This document shows, in pieces, positions 10,064 to 20,346 of a stretch of 64,000 nucleotides of DNA. This DNA comes from an uncultured Halobacteriales archaeon (GTDB lineage: Archaea; Halobacteriota; Halobacteria; Halobacteriales; Haloarculaceae), in contig CAYRQD010000001.1 in NCBI GenBank assembly GCA_964426325.1, forward strand, positions 82,193 through 146,192. The letters are read 5' to 3'. Each line of letters starts with the position of its first letter. The stretch's first letter is position 1. The position numbers and the translations under genes were made by a program. Below the pieces are notes generated by a model. The model was not told the origin of the DNA. It was given only the letters and a program-made list of their open reading frames with translations, and did not search any database.

Positions 10064-10966
10064 ATGAGCTCGCACACGAGCGATCGGCTGCTCGCCGAGT
10101 TCGACCGGTCCCTGCTCCGGACCAGCCGCCGCGCGCTCGACGCGGAGTCGCCGCTCGTCCGGAGCGAGGTCCGGGGCCTGATCGGCGACGAGACCCTCGA
10201 GCTGCCGGTACCGCCGGTCGTCGAGGACGAGCCGGTCCGCGTGTTACACGTCGACGACGACCCGCGGCTGGGCGAGCTCACGAGAGACCACCTCGAGCGG
10301 ATCGACGACCGGTTCGAGGTCGTGACCGCGGCCAGCGCCGTCGGCGCGCTCGATCACCTCGACGACCAGCGGTTCGACTGTGTCGTCAGCGACTACGAGA
10401 TGCCGAACACGAACGGGCTCGAACTGCTCGAGATCGTCCGCGAGCGGTACCCCGATCTGCCCTTTATTCTGTTCACCGGGAAGGGCAGCGAGGCGATCGC
10501 GAGCGACGCGATCGCGGCCGGCGTGACCGACTACATGCAAAAGGAGCTGACGGCAGACCAGTACGAGGTGCTCGCGAACCGAGTCCAAAACGCCGTCGAG
10601 CAGTACCGCACCCAAGAGCGGTTCTGGAACGCCTTGTCCTGGTACCGCCACCTCCTCGAGCAGGACCTCGCGGGTGTGTTCATCCTTCAGGACGACCGGT
10701 TCGCTTACGTCAACGATCGGCTCGCCGAGCTGCTCGGCCACCCGAAACACCAGCTCGTCGGTAGCACCCCAGAAGACATCGCGGCGAGCACCGACGACTC
10801 GCTCGCCCGGCTCGTCGAGCTCGACTCGGGTAGCGAGACGGTGACCGTCGAGTGTCTCACCCAGGGCGTCGACGGCGTCGAACGCCGCGTTACGGTGTAC
10901 TGCGCCGCCGTCGAGTACGACTCGACCTCGGGCTGTATCGGTCTGGTCTGGCCGACAGGCTCGTAA
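10064..10966 (+). CDS. response regulator receiver + PAS domain protein
   Basis: [31 protein letters not shown]-terminal PAS-like [14 protein letters not shown]; start uncertain. Confidence 0.85.
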   Translation: MSSHTSDRLLAEFDRSLLRTSRRALDAESPLVRSEVRGLIGDETLELPVPPVVEDEPVRVLHVDDDPRLGELTRDHLERIDDRFEVVTAASAVGALDHLDDQRFDCVVSDYEMPNTNGLELLEIVRERYPDLPFILFTGKGSEAIASDAIAAGVTDYMQKELTADQYEVLANRVQNAVEQYRTQERFWNALSWYRHLLEQDLAGVFILQDDRFAYVNDRLAELLGHPKHQLVGSTPEDIAASTDDSLARLVELDSGSETVTVECLTQGVDGVERRVTVYCAAVEYDSTSGCIGLVWPTGS

Positions 10967-11136
10967 CCGACCCGCGGACCCGCGGCCCACTCGGAACCGC
11001 TCGACTCCGTCTCGGCGGCGCTCGCGGTCGCTCGAACGGCCCACGGGGTACCACGAACGGTCGGCAGCCGCGGCGCTGTCCGGGGATGACATGGCCCCGG
11101 AGGGTTTTAGCCGAGTCGGCAACAACGCGTGTTCGA

Positions 11137-12216
11137 ATGGACGAGGCTGGTGTGTCGGCGTTCCGTCGGCGCGGGACCATTGGGATCGAGGAGGAGTATT
11201 TCATCGTCGACGGGACCGGCCGTCCGACAGCCGGGACCGACGAGCTGGTCTACGGTCCCGCGCCCCCCGAGCCGCTCGTCGATCGGCTCGACCACGAGCT
11301 GTTCCAGTTCGTCATCGAGACTCAGACGCCGATCATCGAGCGCCCCGGAGCTGTTCGCGAGACGGTCCGATCCGTCCGGACGGCGCTGCTCGAGCACGCC
11401 GCGGCCCACGAGTACGGGATCGCCGCCGCCGGCCTCCACCCCGCGGCCCGGTGGCGCGAGCTCGATCACGCCCGCAAGTCCCGGTATCAGTCCCAGCTCG
11501 ATCGGATCCAGTACCCCCAACACCGCAACACGACCGCCGGGCTGCACGTCCACGTCGGCGTTGACGACCCGGACATGGCCGTCTGGGTCGCAAACGAGTG
11601 TCGCTGGCACGTCGGCCTGGTGCTCGCGCTGGCAGCGAACTCGCCCTACTGGGACGGGTTCGACACCGGCCTGGCCTCCGCGCGGGCGCTGATCTTCGAG
11701 GGACTACCAAACACCGGGATCCCGACGGCGTTTGACTCATACGCTGACTTCGCGGCCTTCGAGCGGCGGATGCTCGACACCGACGCGATCGCCGACCGGG
11801 GAGAGCTCTGGTATGACGTTCGGCCCCATTCGAGACACGGCACCGTCGAGATCCGGGTGCCCGACGCACAGCACGACCCCGAACGGGTCGCCGCAGTCGT
11901 CGAGTACGTCCATGCCGTGGTGTCTGACCTCTGTGAGCGTTACGAGGACGGCGAGCCGGCGAGCGACCGCCGCCGGGAACTGCTCGATCAGAACAAGTGG
12001 CAGGCCCTTCGGCACGGCCACGAGGCCGTCCTGTTCGACCGCAGGCTCTCCGAGCGGGTCGGGCTGGGCGAGCTCGTCGACCGGGAGGCCGACCGGCTCG
12101 GAGTCTCCGCGCTCCGCGAGCTGTACGATCGGGAGAGCGGCGCCGCCCGCCAGCGCCGGATCCGCGACGAGGACGGCTCCGGGGCGCTCCGGGAGGCGCT
12201 GCTGATCGAGCCCTGA
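11137..12216 (+). CDS. gshA: glutamate--cysteine ligase (GCS2 family)
   Basis: [40 protein letters not shown]. Confidence 0.88.
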   Translation: MDEAGVSAFRRRGTIGIEEEYFIVDGTGRPTAGTDELVYGPAPPEPLVDRLDHELFQFVIETQTPIIERPGAVRETVRSVRTALLEHAAAHEYGIAAAGLHPAARWRELDHARKSRYQSQLDRIQYPQHRNTTAGLHVHVGVDDPDMAVWVANECRWHVGLVLALAANSPYWDGFDTGLASARALIFEGLPNTGIPTAFDSYADFAAFERRMLDTDAIADRGELWYDVRPHSRHGTVEIRVPDAQHDPERVAAVVEYVHAVVSDLCERYEDGEPASDRRRELLDQNKWQALRHGHEAVLFDRRLSERVGLGELVDREADRLGVSALRELYDRESGAARQRRIRDEDGSGALREALLIEP

Positions 12217-12251
12217 CCAGACTCTTGTGCGTGGCCCCGCAACGAACAGGC

Positions 12252-13013
12252 ATGCCAACACACAGCGTCCGGTTTCGCGACCCGGCGGGGGCGGTCAGGA
12301 CCGGCCGGTGGGTCGACGGCGAGCCCGGTGCGGACGGACGGATCGTCGCCGCCGGGCGGTCCTACGATCCGGCGGCCAACGGGGTGCGGGTGCTCGCGCC
12401 CTGCGAGCCGACCAAGATCGTCTGCGTCGGGCGCAACTACGCAGATCACGCCGCCGAGCGCGACGCGTCGGTCCCAGACCGCCCCGCACTCTTCCTGAAG
12501 CCGCCCTCGGCGGTGGCGGGGCACGGCGACGCGGTCCCGCTGTTGCCCGACGTGCAGACCGACTACGAGGCCGAGCTCGCGGTCGTGATCGGCGAGCAGT
12601 CCCGGAACCTCTCACCGGAGCAGGCCGCCGGCGCGGTCGCCGGCTACACCTGCATGGTCGACCTCTCGAACCGCGACGACCAGGCCCGCGAGCAAAACTG
12701 GGTTCGCGGGAAGGCCTTCGACGGCGCCGCGCCGCTGGGCCCGGTGCTCGCCCCGCCGTCGTCGGTGCCGGCCGACGCGGCGATCGAGCTCCGCGTCGAC
12801 GGCGACCGCAGACAGGCCGCCAGCCGGTCGGATCTCGTCTTCTCGGTTCCCGAGCTGCTCGTCGAGATCACCCGCTACTGCAGCTTAGAGCCCGGGGACG
12901 TGGTCGCGACGGGCACGCCGGCCGGGGTCGGGCCGCTCTCGCCGGGCGAGACCGTCGCGGTCACGATCGAGGGGGTCGGCACGCTCCGTCACACCGTCAC
13001 GCGGCCGGCCTGA
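12252..13013 (+). CDS. fumarylacetoacetate hydrolase family protein
   Basis: KIVCVGRNYADH, DYEAELAVVIG, GKAFD, ATGTPAGVG. Confidence 0.92.
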   Translation: MPTHSVRFRDPAGAVRTGRWVDGEPGADGRIVAAGRSYDPAANGVRVLAPCEPTKIVCVGRNYADHAAERDASVPDRPALFLKPPSAVAGHGDAVPLLPDVQTDYEAELAVVIGEQSRNLSPEQAAGAVAGYTCMVDLSNRDDQAREQNWVRGKAFDGAAPLGPVLAPPSSVPADAAIELRVDGDRRQAASRSDLVFSVPELLVEITRYCSLEPGDVVATGTPAGVGPLSPGETVAVTIEGVGTLRHTVTRPA

Positions 13014-13048
13014 TCGACCGCAGTCGCTTTGTTCGCCCGGCACTCACC

Positions 13049-14086
13049 ATGGGTATGCACGTCGGAATCGTCGGCGCGGGGGCGGCCGGGGCCGCCGCGG
13101 CCTACACCGTCGACGCGGTCGTGCCCGCCGCCGAGATCACGGTCCTGGAAAAGTCCAGCGGGGTCTGTGGCCGCGCGGCGGCCCGCAGGCGCGGCCCGAT
13201 CACCTACGAGCACGGCGCCAACTACCTGAAAGACGACGACGAGCGGGTCGTCGAGCTCGTAACCGAGGAGCTCTCGACGGATGGGCTCGTCGATATCGCG
13301 GAGCCGATCCACGTCTTCGACGCCGAGGGAACGGTCTCTGAGGGGCGAGGGGGGGACGCCCGCCGGTGGACCTACCGCGACGGGATCACCCAGCTCGCCA
13401 AGCGGCTGTTCGACGGGACCGACGCGACCGTCCACCGCAACACCCGCGTCACGGAGCTGAGCCGGACCGGCGGCTGGCGCGTCGAGACCGACGACGGCCG
13501 CGAGCGGGGCCCTTTCGACGCGCTCGTGCTCACGCCGCCGGCGCCCCAATCGGCGGCCCTGCTCGAGGCGGCCGACTGGGCGGTGCCGCTGCGCGAGGAG
13601 CTTGCGGCCGCGGCCGCGGAGGTACCCTTCCGGACCATCTGGACGGCCGTGCTGGGCTACGAGACCGCGATCGACCGGCCCTACTACGCGCTCGTAAATC
13701 CCGGCAAGGACCACGACGTCGGGTGGATCGGCCGCGAGGAGTGCAAGCCCGGCCACGTCCCGGAGGGTCAGTCGGTGTTGCTCGTCCAGGCCGCTCACGA
13801 CTGGTCCCGGGACAACGTAGAGGCCGCCCCCGAGACGGTCGCCGACGAGCTGGCAACGATGACCGCAGATATCGTCGGCGAGGCCCGCCTCGCCGACCCC
13901 GACTGGGTCGACACCCAGCGCTGGCGGTACGCGCTCCCCGAAGGCGGCATCCCAGCCGGCCCGGTCGCCTCGGCCCGGGAACACGACCTGTACCTCGCCG
14001 GTGACTGGGTCGCGGGCGAGGCGCGACTCCACGCCGCCGTCCGGAACGGGATCGAGACTGGCGAACGAATCGCCCACCGCCGCTAG
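13049..14086 (+). CDS. FAD-dependent oxidoreductase (renalase-like)
   Basis: GIVGAGAAG, LEKSSGVCGR, HGANY, RWRYA, LAGDW; start 13049 or 13055. Confidence 0.85.
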   Translation: MGMHVGIVGAGAAGAAAAYTVDAVVPAAEITVLEKSSGVCGRAAARRRGPITYEHGANYLKDDDERVVELVTEELSTDGLVDIAEPIHVFDAEGTVSEGRGGDARRWTYRDGITQLAKRLFDGTDATVHRNTRVTELSRTGGWRVETDDGRERGPFDALVLTPPAPQSAALLEAADWAVPLREELAAAAAEVPFRTIWTAVLGYETAIDRPYYALVNPGKDHDVGWIGREECKPGHVPEGQSVLLVQAAHDWSRDNVEAAPETVADELATMTADIVGEARLADPDWVDTQRWRYALPEGGIPAGPVASAREHDLYLAGDWVAGEARLHAAVRNGIETGERIAHRR

Positions 14087-14292
14087 TCGCCGAGTCCCGC
14101 GACGTCTTCGGCGGTCACCTCGCGGTCCTCCGGCAGCCGGTCGATGCAATCATAACAGAGGAAATGCTCGGTCCCGTCGGCCAACTCGAGGGTCATCCCC
14201 TCGGTGGGCTCGAAGCTGAGCGTCCAGATGTCGGCGATCCCGCCCCCGATGTTGACCGCCTCGTCGCAGCCGTCACACCGTTCGGTCGCCAT
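14083..14292 (-). CDS. small zinc-finger protein (CxxC...CxxC)
   Basis: 69 aa; CDGC...HFLCYDC; acidic, coding-like codon use. Confidence 0.75.
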   Translation of the reverse strand: MATERCDGCDEAVNIGGGIADIWTLSFEPTEGMTLELADGTEHFLCYDCIDRLPEDREVTAEDVAGLGD

Positions 14293-14354
14293 ACCCTGAG
14301 TGGGGCCTCGGCGGGCAACGGCCTTTCGGTCCCGGCACCGACTCGCCGACCGGG

Positions 14355-14522
14355 CTACTCGTCGGTGATCCGGTCGTACTGCGCTAAGAGCGCCTCGGTC
14401 GACTCATCGCCCTCGAACTCTACGCTCCCGTCGTACTCCTCGCGCTCGTCGTCGAAGCTGGCGTCGACCTCGCTGTTCTTTCGCTCGCGACGCTCGTGTT
14501 CTTCCTCGTCGTAGGCGCCCAT
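14355..14522 (-). CDS. small acidic protein (DUF5786-like)
   Basis: MGAYDEEEHERRERK...YDGSVEF...STEALL; alternative ATG at 14528. Confidence 0.75.
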   Translation of the reverse strand: MGAYDEEEHERRERKNSEVDASFDDEREEYDGSVEFEGDESTEALLAQYDRITDE

Positions 14523-14675
14523 CGACATGGGTTGACACACAAAGCTTTGTCGCTGTAAAATATGAATCTAACGCCGACGGCTGACGCTCCGCAGTGATAG
14601 ACGATATTTTGATTATATCGGGATCTCCTGGGCATATACCCATAGTTTTCTTTATGAGAAAATATTTGTTTTGTT

Positions 14676-15215
14676 ATGCGCGTCGTTCGGTTCGTCCGGT
14701 CGCTCGTGGCTCGCGTCGGAGCCGATCGGATTCACCCCGAAGTTCCTCCGGTCACGATCACTGACCGGGAGGGGCGAGAGCTGTTCGTTCGGTCCTACCG
14801 GGAGTCTGAGTTTGACGCACTGGCGAAGATGTACGACGCGTTCGACACCGAACACCGGGCACAGGGAACCCCGCCCGTCGCGCCGACCGCCGTCAGGCGG
14901 TGGCTCGGAGACATCTTGGACGGCGTGAACGTCCTCGCCGTCCACGACGATCGGGTCGTCGGACACGTCAGCTTCGTTCCCGACGGCACCGGTCGCCACG
15001 AGCTGGCCGTGTTCGTCCACCAGGAGTACCACGGCGCGGGGATCGGGACGCGGCTTCTCGCGGCGGGACTCGGACGGGCCCGGGAGGCCGGCGTCGAGTA
15101 CGTCTGGCTCTCGGTCCGGGCCGATCGGCACCGTCTCCAACGGTTCTACGGGCGGGCCGGGTTCAGTACGATCACCGCGGTGGGGGTGACTCACCGAATG
15201 TCGCGGTATCTCTGA
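14676..15215 (+). CDS. GNAT family N-acetyltransferase
   Basis: ELAVFVHQEYHGAGIGTRLL motif A; FYGRAGF. Confidence 0.88.
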   Translation: MRVVRFVRSLVARVGADRIHPEVPPVTITDREGRELFVRSYRESEFDALAKMYDAFDTEHRAQGTPPVAPTAVRRWLGDILDGVNVLAVHDDRVVGHVSFVPDGTGRHELAVFVHQEYHGAGIGTRLLAAGLGRAREAGVEYVWLSVRADRHRLQRFYGRAGFSTITAVGVTHRMSRYL

Positions 15216-15243
15216 CCCGCCGGCCCGATCGGTCGGCCGGCAA

Positions 15244-16476
15244 CTACTCGGCCAGTAGCTCCTCCGCGAGCATCGGCACGAACGTGCCGACGTCGGTGAC
15301 CATCCCGACGGCCTGTGCGCTGCCCCGGTCGACGAGCTGGGTGACCGTCGCCGGGTCGATGTCGACGCAGATCGTCCGGGTCGTCGAGGGGAGACAGTTC
15401 CCGACCGCGACCGAGTGAAGCAGCGTCGAGAGCATCACCACGAGGTCGGCCCGGTGGGCCTGCTCGCGGATGGCGTTCTGTGCCTCGACGGCGTCGGTGA
15501 TCGTGTCGGGGAGGGGCCCGTCGTCGCGGATCGACCCCGCGATCACGTACTCGACATCGCCGGTGACACACTCGTACAGCACGCCGGACTCGACGACCCC
15601 GTCCTCGACCGCGGACTCGAGCCCGCCCGCGCGGATGATCTCGCTGATCGCGTAGATGTGGTGTTTGTGTCCCTTCCGGGGGTGATCGAGCGACTCGGTG
15701 TCCACGCCCAGGGAGGTGCCGTACAGGTCCCGCTCGACGTCGTGGACCGCGAAGCCGTTGCCGATCGAGAGCATGTCGACAAATCCCTCTCGTACCAGCC
15801 GAGCCAGGTCCTCGCGGGCCCCCGAGTGGATCAGCGCCGGCCCGGCGACGACGAGCACGTTCCCCCCCTCACGTTTGGTCTCGGCGATCGCGGCGGCGAT
15901 CTTCTCGATCGTCGATCGCGAGGGCCGCTCCGAGGAGATGCCCCCCTGCATGAACCCGAACGCGCCCTCCCGTCCCCGGGGGCGCTCGGGCGGACGGACC
16001 CGGATGCCGGCGTTGCCGGTCACGACCAGATCGCTGGCCTCGACGCCGTTCAACACCTCCGTATAGGCCCGCGGCCCCTCGGGACCGTCGGGGTCGACGA
16101 CGACCGCACAGTCCATCTCCGGGTCCTCGACGGTGAGCCACTCGCCCTCGTAGCGGACATCGGTCGGGTGGTTGGTCGTCGAGTAAAACCCCGGCGGCAC
16201 GACTTGGTCGTCGGGCGCGGCCTCGAGCTCGGCGTCGTTTGGATTGACCGGGTTGGCGCCGTTCTGGTGGAGCTCGTGGATGATCGACTGGAGGTGCTCG
16301 GCGTCCCCGGCCTCGACGGTCAACAGGGCGTACGAGCGCTCGGTCTTGCTCCGGCCGATCTGGAACTCCTCGACCTTGAAGGCCCCGTCCATGTCCATGA
16401 TGATATCAAACGCCGCCTCCATCATCCCCGAGTCGATGATGTGTCCCTCGAGCTCGACGGCACGCGTCACAGCCAT
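15244..16476 (-). CDS. TIGR00300 family protein (ornithine cyclodeaminase, AgrE/ArgZ C-terminal type)
   Basis: ELEGHIIDSG, GFYSTTNHPT, FGFMQGGISSERP, AGSIRDDGPLPD, LHSVAVGN. Confidence 0.88.
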   Translation of the reverse strand: MAVTRAVELEGHIIDSGMMEAAFDIIMDMDGAFKVEEFQIGRSKTERSYALLTVEAGDAEHLQSIIHELHQNGANPVNPNDAELEAAPDDQVVPPGFYSTTNHPTDVRYEGEWLTVEDPEMDCAVVVDPDGPEGPRAYTEVLNGVEASDLVVTGNAGIRVRPPERPRGREGAFGFMQGGISSERPSRSTIEKIAAAIAETKREGGNVLVVAGPALIHSGAREDLARLVREGFVDMLSIGNGFAVHDVERDLYGTSLGVDTESLDHPRKGHKHHIYAISEIIRAGGLESAVEDGVVESGVLYECVTGDVEYVIAGSIRDDGPLPDTITDAVEAQNAIREQAHRADLVVMLSTLLHSVAVGNCLPSTTRTICVDIDPATVTQLVDRGSAQAVGMVTDVGTFVPMLAEELLAE

Positions 16477-16605
16477 ATCGCAGGGTACGCGGCCCTCGCA
16501 AAGACGGTTGCGCTCGGACCTCCGGCAATTATCACGAATGAGAACTCACAGGCAAGAGTAATACGCTCGGTTCGGGACTCTCAACACGAGGATCTCGCGA
16601 TCCCG

Positions 16606-17310
16606 ATGTCACGTGTCCCCGCTCGGCTTAGCGGTCAGCGCGGTATCTCGGCAGTTGTGGATGTCGTATTATTGGTTGCGATCGTGATCGCGTTGGGGGC
16701 GACGGTGGCGGGACTGACGCTGTCGATTGCTGAACCCCCAGAAGAGCCGGCCTTTGGGACCGACGACGGCTCTCAGTCGAATCCCTTCGGCGACAGCGAC
16801 GCGTTGGTCGCCGCGGAGGATCCGACCGCCGGGGCCGAGGATGTCCGATACCGAATCAGATTCGAGATCGCAGACTCGGACATGGAAGGGGACTCACTCA
16901 ACGAACTGAAACTGTCGGTCACCGAGCCGCCATCGGTCGACGGCGTCGACAGTATGTTCTCGGGAGTCGTGCGCGGGGACATCGAGACCTTCGAGGTCGA
17001 CAGGGAGGGTGGTGGAACCGAGAGCATCAGCGGAGACGTCCAGAGCTCGGACAACTGGGCGTTTGTGGACGGCGAGGTAGAGATGACACTCGACGGCAAT
17101 TACACGAACCCGTCGGTCGGCGACGTGATCACCGTCATCTTCGGCGGCGTCGACAACCCGACCGAGCCCGCCACCTACGAGGTCGAGGTGACGCTGAACC
17201 AGGACGAGGACACCCAAGACGGAACGCTCGAGATCGTCTCCGACGACGACACAGACCACCTGGCCCCGCCGCGCAGGTCGGCCGATCTCGGCCCCGTAGC
17301 CGTGCCATGA
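16606..17310 (+). CDS. type IV pilin-like protein with class III signal peptide
   Basis: QRG|ISAVVDVVLLVAIVIALGATVAGL prepilin-like N-terminus followed by an acidic beta-rich domain. Confidence 0.75.
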   Translation: MSRVPARLSGQRGISAVVDVVLLVAIVIALGATVAGLTLSIAEPPEEPAFGTDDGSQSNPFGDSDALVAAEDPTAGAEDVRYRIRFEIADSDMEGDSLNELKLSVTEPPSVDGVDSMFSGVVRGDIETFEVDREGGGTESISGDVQSSDNWAFVDGEVEMTLDGNYTNPSVGDVITVIFGGVDNPTEPATYEVEVTLNQDEDTQDGTLEIVSDDDTDHLAPPRRSADLGPVAVP

Positions 17311-17424
17311 TGACGGTACTGCTGATCGTCCCGGGGACGAATCTCGATCGGCCGCGGCCGCTCAGTCGGTTTGTCCCCCAGTCCTCTCAGCTTGGTACAG
17401 CTCGTCGTCGGTCGGTGACTCCTC

Positions 17425-19125
17425 TCAGTCCCCGGACGTGCGCTCGCCGGGCAAACAGAGCGTGACGATCGCCCCGCGCGGCTCGCGGTCGTCGAGGCGC
17501 ATCTTGCCGCCGAGCTGGGTCGCGATCAGGCGAACGATCCAGAGGCCGAGTCCACTCCCGTGTTCGAGGGCCGTCTCTCGGCCTGCCCGGATCGCCTCTT
17601 GCTCGGCCGCCGGAATCCCGGGGCCGTCATCGGCGACGGCGAGTTCCACCGGACAGGTTGTTCCGGGGTTGTAGTCCGCCGAAACAACGATCAACGGCTC
17701 GTCTCTGTCGCTGTGCTCGACCGCGTTCTCAACGAGCGTCTGGAGTGCCAGCCTGAGCGGCGCCGGCGGTGCCGCGACGATCAGCTCCCCTCCGGCGCTG
17801 GTGTCGAGTTCCGTTCGGACTCGGCACCGGGCGGGCAGCGTTTCCGTGACATCCGCGGTTAGTTCTCCGAGTGGCGTCCGGGCGTCGCCGGCGTCGATCT
17901 CGAGGATCTGTTCGGCTTCGCGGGCCTTATCAGAGAGCTCCGACAGGTCCCAGCCGATTCGCGTGATCGTCTCGAGGCTCTCGACGCTGGCAGGGTCGTC
18001 GGTGCGCTCCTTGGCGAGGTTGGCGTGTCCGATGATCACGTTCATCCGGTTCCGGAGGTTGTGCCTGAGCACGCGGTTGAACACGTTCAGTAGCTGTCGC
18101 CGGCCCTGTTGATCGGTCACGTCTCGAAGCACCACGGCGTGTCCCAAGAGGACGCCGTGCCCGTCGGTGAGCCGCGAGACACGCGCGGTGAACAGTTGCC
18201 GGCCGTCCCGTACGTTGAGCTCAAGTAGCTCGCCCGCGCTCAACTCTTCGATTGAGCGTCCGAGCAACGCCTCGACCTCGGTGCCGTAGGACCTGCCCGC
18301 GCCGCCGAACGCGGCCTTGGCGCTCGCGTTGAGTTCGGCGACTCGTCCCTCCGGCCCGAGTACGACGACGAGGTCGTCGATCTCCTCGATGAGGCGGCGT
18401 GCCCCGACCCGACCGGCTGACGGCGCGCGGTCGAACAGGGCCGCCGGTCCGACGAGCCCGGCCGCCGCGCTCGCGCCGGTTCCGAATCCGACAACGGCCA
18501 TCACGCCGAGTACGAGCACCGACGTTGATTCGAGCTGCAATCCGAAGAGCAACGACACCCACGGCACCACGCCGAACGCCCCGATCGCGATCCCCGTCGC
18601 CGAATCAAGGTGTCGGTACCGTCTGAACGTCCATAGGACTGCGCCGGCGCCGGCGATGACCAGCCCGCCGGCGTACAACAGCCCGAACCACTGGCTCAGC
18701 TTGAGCGCTGCCAGTCCGACCGCCGTCGCGCCGGTCGCGGTTTCTTCGGTCGGGAGCGTGTACCAGGGCACGACCGCGGCGCCCGTTCGAAACGCGGTCG
18801 CGAACGCGCCGAAAAGAACCGGAGCCGCGACGAGCCCGGCCACTCGCGCCGAGAGAAACTCTTCCTGGCCGATGTACTCGAAGATAAAAAACAGCCAGAC
18901 GAGCGGAAGCACCAGCCCGGCCAGCACGACGGTCGAGACGAGCACGAGCCGCGAGTTGAGGACGAATCCGGCGCTGACGCTGGCCGCGGCGACGCCCATC
19001 GTCGCCGCCACGAGCGCAAACGACCGCACGGCCGGCGCCTGAACCCGCAGCCGGGCGACGATCGCCACGCCTACCAGCGCGGCGGCGGCAGCCGCACAGC
19101 CTGCGGCGATCGCCGAGTAAATCAC
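17425..19125 (-). CDS. membrane sensor histidine kinase (7TM N-terminal domain - PAS - HATPase)
   Basis: About seven hydrophobic segments; RVLRHNLRN H-box, ENAVEH, DDGPGI, HGSGLGLW; GTG start. Confidence 0.88.
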   Translation of the reverse strand: MIYSAIAAGCAAAAAALVGVAIVARLRVQAPAVRSFALVAATMGVAAASVSAGFVLNSRLVLVSTVVLAGLVLPLVWLFFIFEYIGQEEFLSARVAGLVAAPVLFGAFATAFRTGAAVVPWYTLPTEETATGATAVGLAALKLSQWFGLLYAGGLVIAGAGAVLWTFRRYRHLDSATGIAIGAFGVVPWVSLLFGLQLESTSVLVLGVMAVVGFGTGASAAAGLVGPAALFDRAPSAGRVGARRLIEEIDDLVVVLGPEGRVAELNASAKAAFGGAGRSYGTEVEALLGRSIEELSAGELLELNVRDGRQLFTARVSRLTDGHGVLLGHAVVLRDVTDQQGRRQLLNVFNRVLRHNLRNRMNVIIGHANLAKERTDDPASVESLETITRIGWDLSELSDKAREAEQILEIDAGDARTPLGELTADVTETLPARCRVRTELDTSAGGELIVAAPPAPLRLALQTLVENAVEHSDRDEPLIVVSADYNPGTTCPVELAVADDGPGIPAAEQEAIRAGRETALEHGSGLGLWIVRLIATQLGGKMRLDDREPRGAIVTLCLPGERTSGD

Positions 19126-19170
19126 GATGGCGTTAGCCGGGGCGATCGTAAAGCCTCCTTTGCTCCGACC

Positions 19171-19542
19171 TCACCGGTCGATCCGTCGCTCGACGTCCCA
19201 CTCTACTGATGAGCGGTCGACGAGCCGGCGGTAAAACGCTCGTAGGCCCGCCGGCTCGGTCGCCGGCAGCACGTGCAGCCGGACCGCACCGTCCCGGATA
19301 GAGACGCGGAACACGTCGCCGGTCCCCTCGTCCCGAACCAGATACAGCGCCATCGGCAGGTCCAGAAAGTCCCCGTACCGGTAGGGGCCGTCCGCGAGCA
19401 CCGCCTCGACGAGTCTCCCGAGGTCTCGTTCGGGCCCAGCGTCGGGCCGGCAGACGAACAGCACCTCGCCCTCGTACTCGACGCCGTCCCGGCGGAACCG
19501 ACGGGTCGGCCGGGCGGGGATCGCAAACGACGGCGACGCCAT
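19171..19542 (-). CDS. hypothetical protein
   Basis: 123 aa ATG ORF with coding-like composition (GPYRYGDFLDLPMALYLV). Confidence 0.7.
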   Translation of the reverse strand: MASPSFAIPARPTRRFRRDGVEYEGEVLFVCRPDAGPERDLGRLVEAVLADGPYRYGDFLDLPMALYLVRDEGTGDVFRVSIRDGAVRLHVLPATEPAGLRAFYRRLVDRSSVEWDVERRIDR

Positions 19543-19611
19543 ATTCCTGATAGGGTCCGTGTCCCCTTAGCTTGGCCGGCGATTTATGCTGCTTGCGGCC
19601 CTCGTTGGAGT

Positions 19612-20325
19612 ATGTGCGGCCGCTACAGTCTGTTCGTCTCGCCGGCGGAACTCGCGCGGCGGTTCGACGTCAGCGTCGGCGACGTCTACGAGCCCCGGTA
19701 CAACGCCGCGCCGGGGCAGTCCCTCCCGGTGATCACCGACGCCGAGTCCGACCGGCTCTCGACGGCCGAGTGGGGGCTGGTCCCCCCGTGGGCCGACGAC
19801 GACAGCCAGGGCAACCACATCAATGCCCGCGCCGAGACCGTCGCCGAGCGCCCGAGCTTCCAGGCGGCGTTCGAGCGGACCGCCGGCGGCCGGTGTCTGG
19901 TCCCCGCCGACGGCTTCTACGAGTGGACCGATCGAGACGGCGCCACCCAACCGTACCGCGTGACCCGCGAAGACGGGGCGCCGTTCGCGATGGCAGGGCT
20001 GTACTCGCGGTTCGAGCCGGCGACCGCCCAGGCCGGGCTGGATGCCTTCGGCGACGGCGATCGCGATCCGACGGTGACGACCGAACCGGTCGAGACGTTC
20101 ACGATCGTCACGACCGAGCCCAACGATCTCGTCGCCGAGCTCCACCACCGGATGGCCGTCATCCTCCCCCGGGAGACCGAACGCGAGTGGCTGACGGCCC
20201 CGCCGGAGCGCGCACGGCAGCTGCTCGAACCCTCGCCCGCGGACCCGCTCGAGGCCTACCCGGTCTCGCAGGCGGTCAACGATCCGGCAAACGACACGCC
20301 GGCGGTCGTCGAGCCCCTCGAGTGA
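19612..20325 (+). CDS. SOS response-associated peptidase (SRAP/HMCES/YedK abasic-site protein)
   Basis: N-terminal MCGRY, PRYNAAP, INARAET, PADGFYEW, HHRMAVIL. Confidence 0.93.
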   Translation: MCGRYSLFVSPAELARRFDVSVGDVYEPRYNAAPGQSLPVITDAESDRLSTAEWGLVPPWADDDSQGNHINARAETVAERPSFQAAFERTAGGRCLVPADGFYEWTDRDGATQPYRVTREDGAPFAMAGLYSRFEPATAQAGLDAFGDGDRDPTVTTEPVETFTIVTTEPNDLVAELHHRMAVILPRETEREWLTAPPERARQLLEPSPADPLEAYPVSQAVNDPANDTPAVVEPLE

Positions 20326-20346
20326 GTTCGGGGCGTCCGTGGCCGC

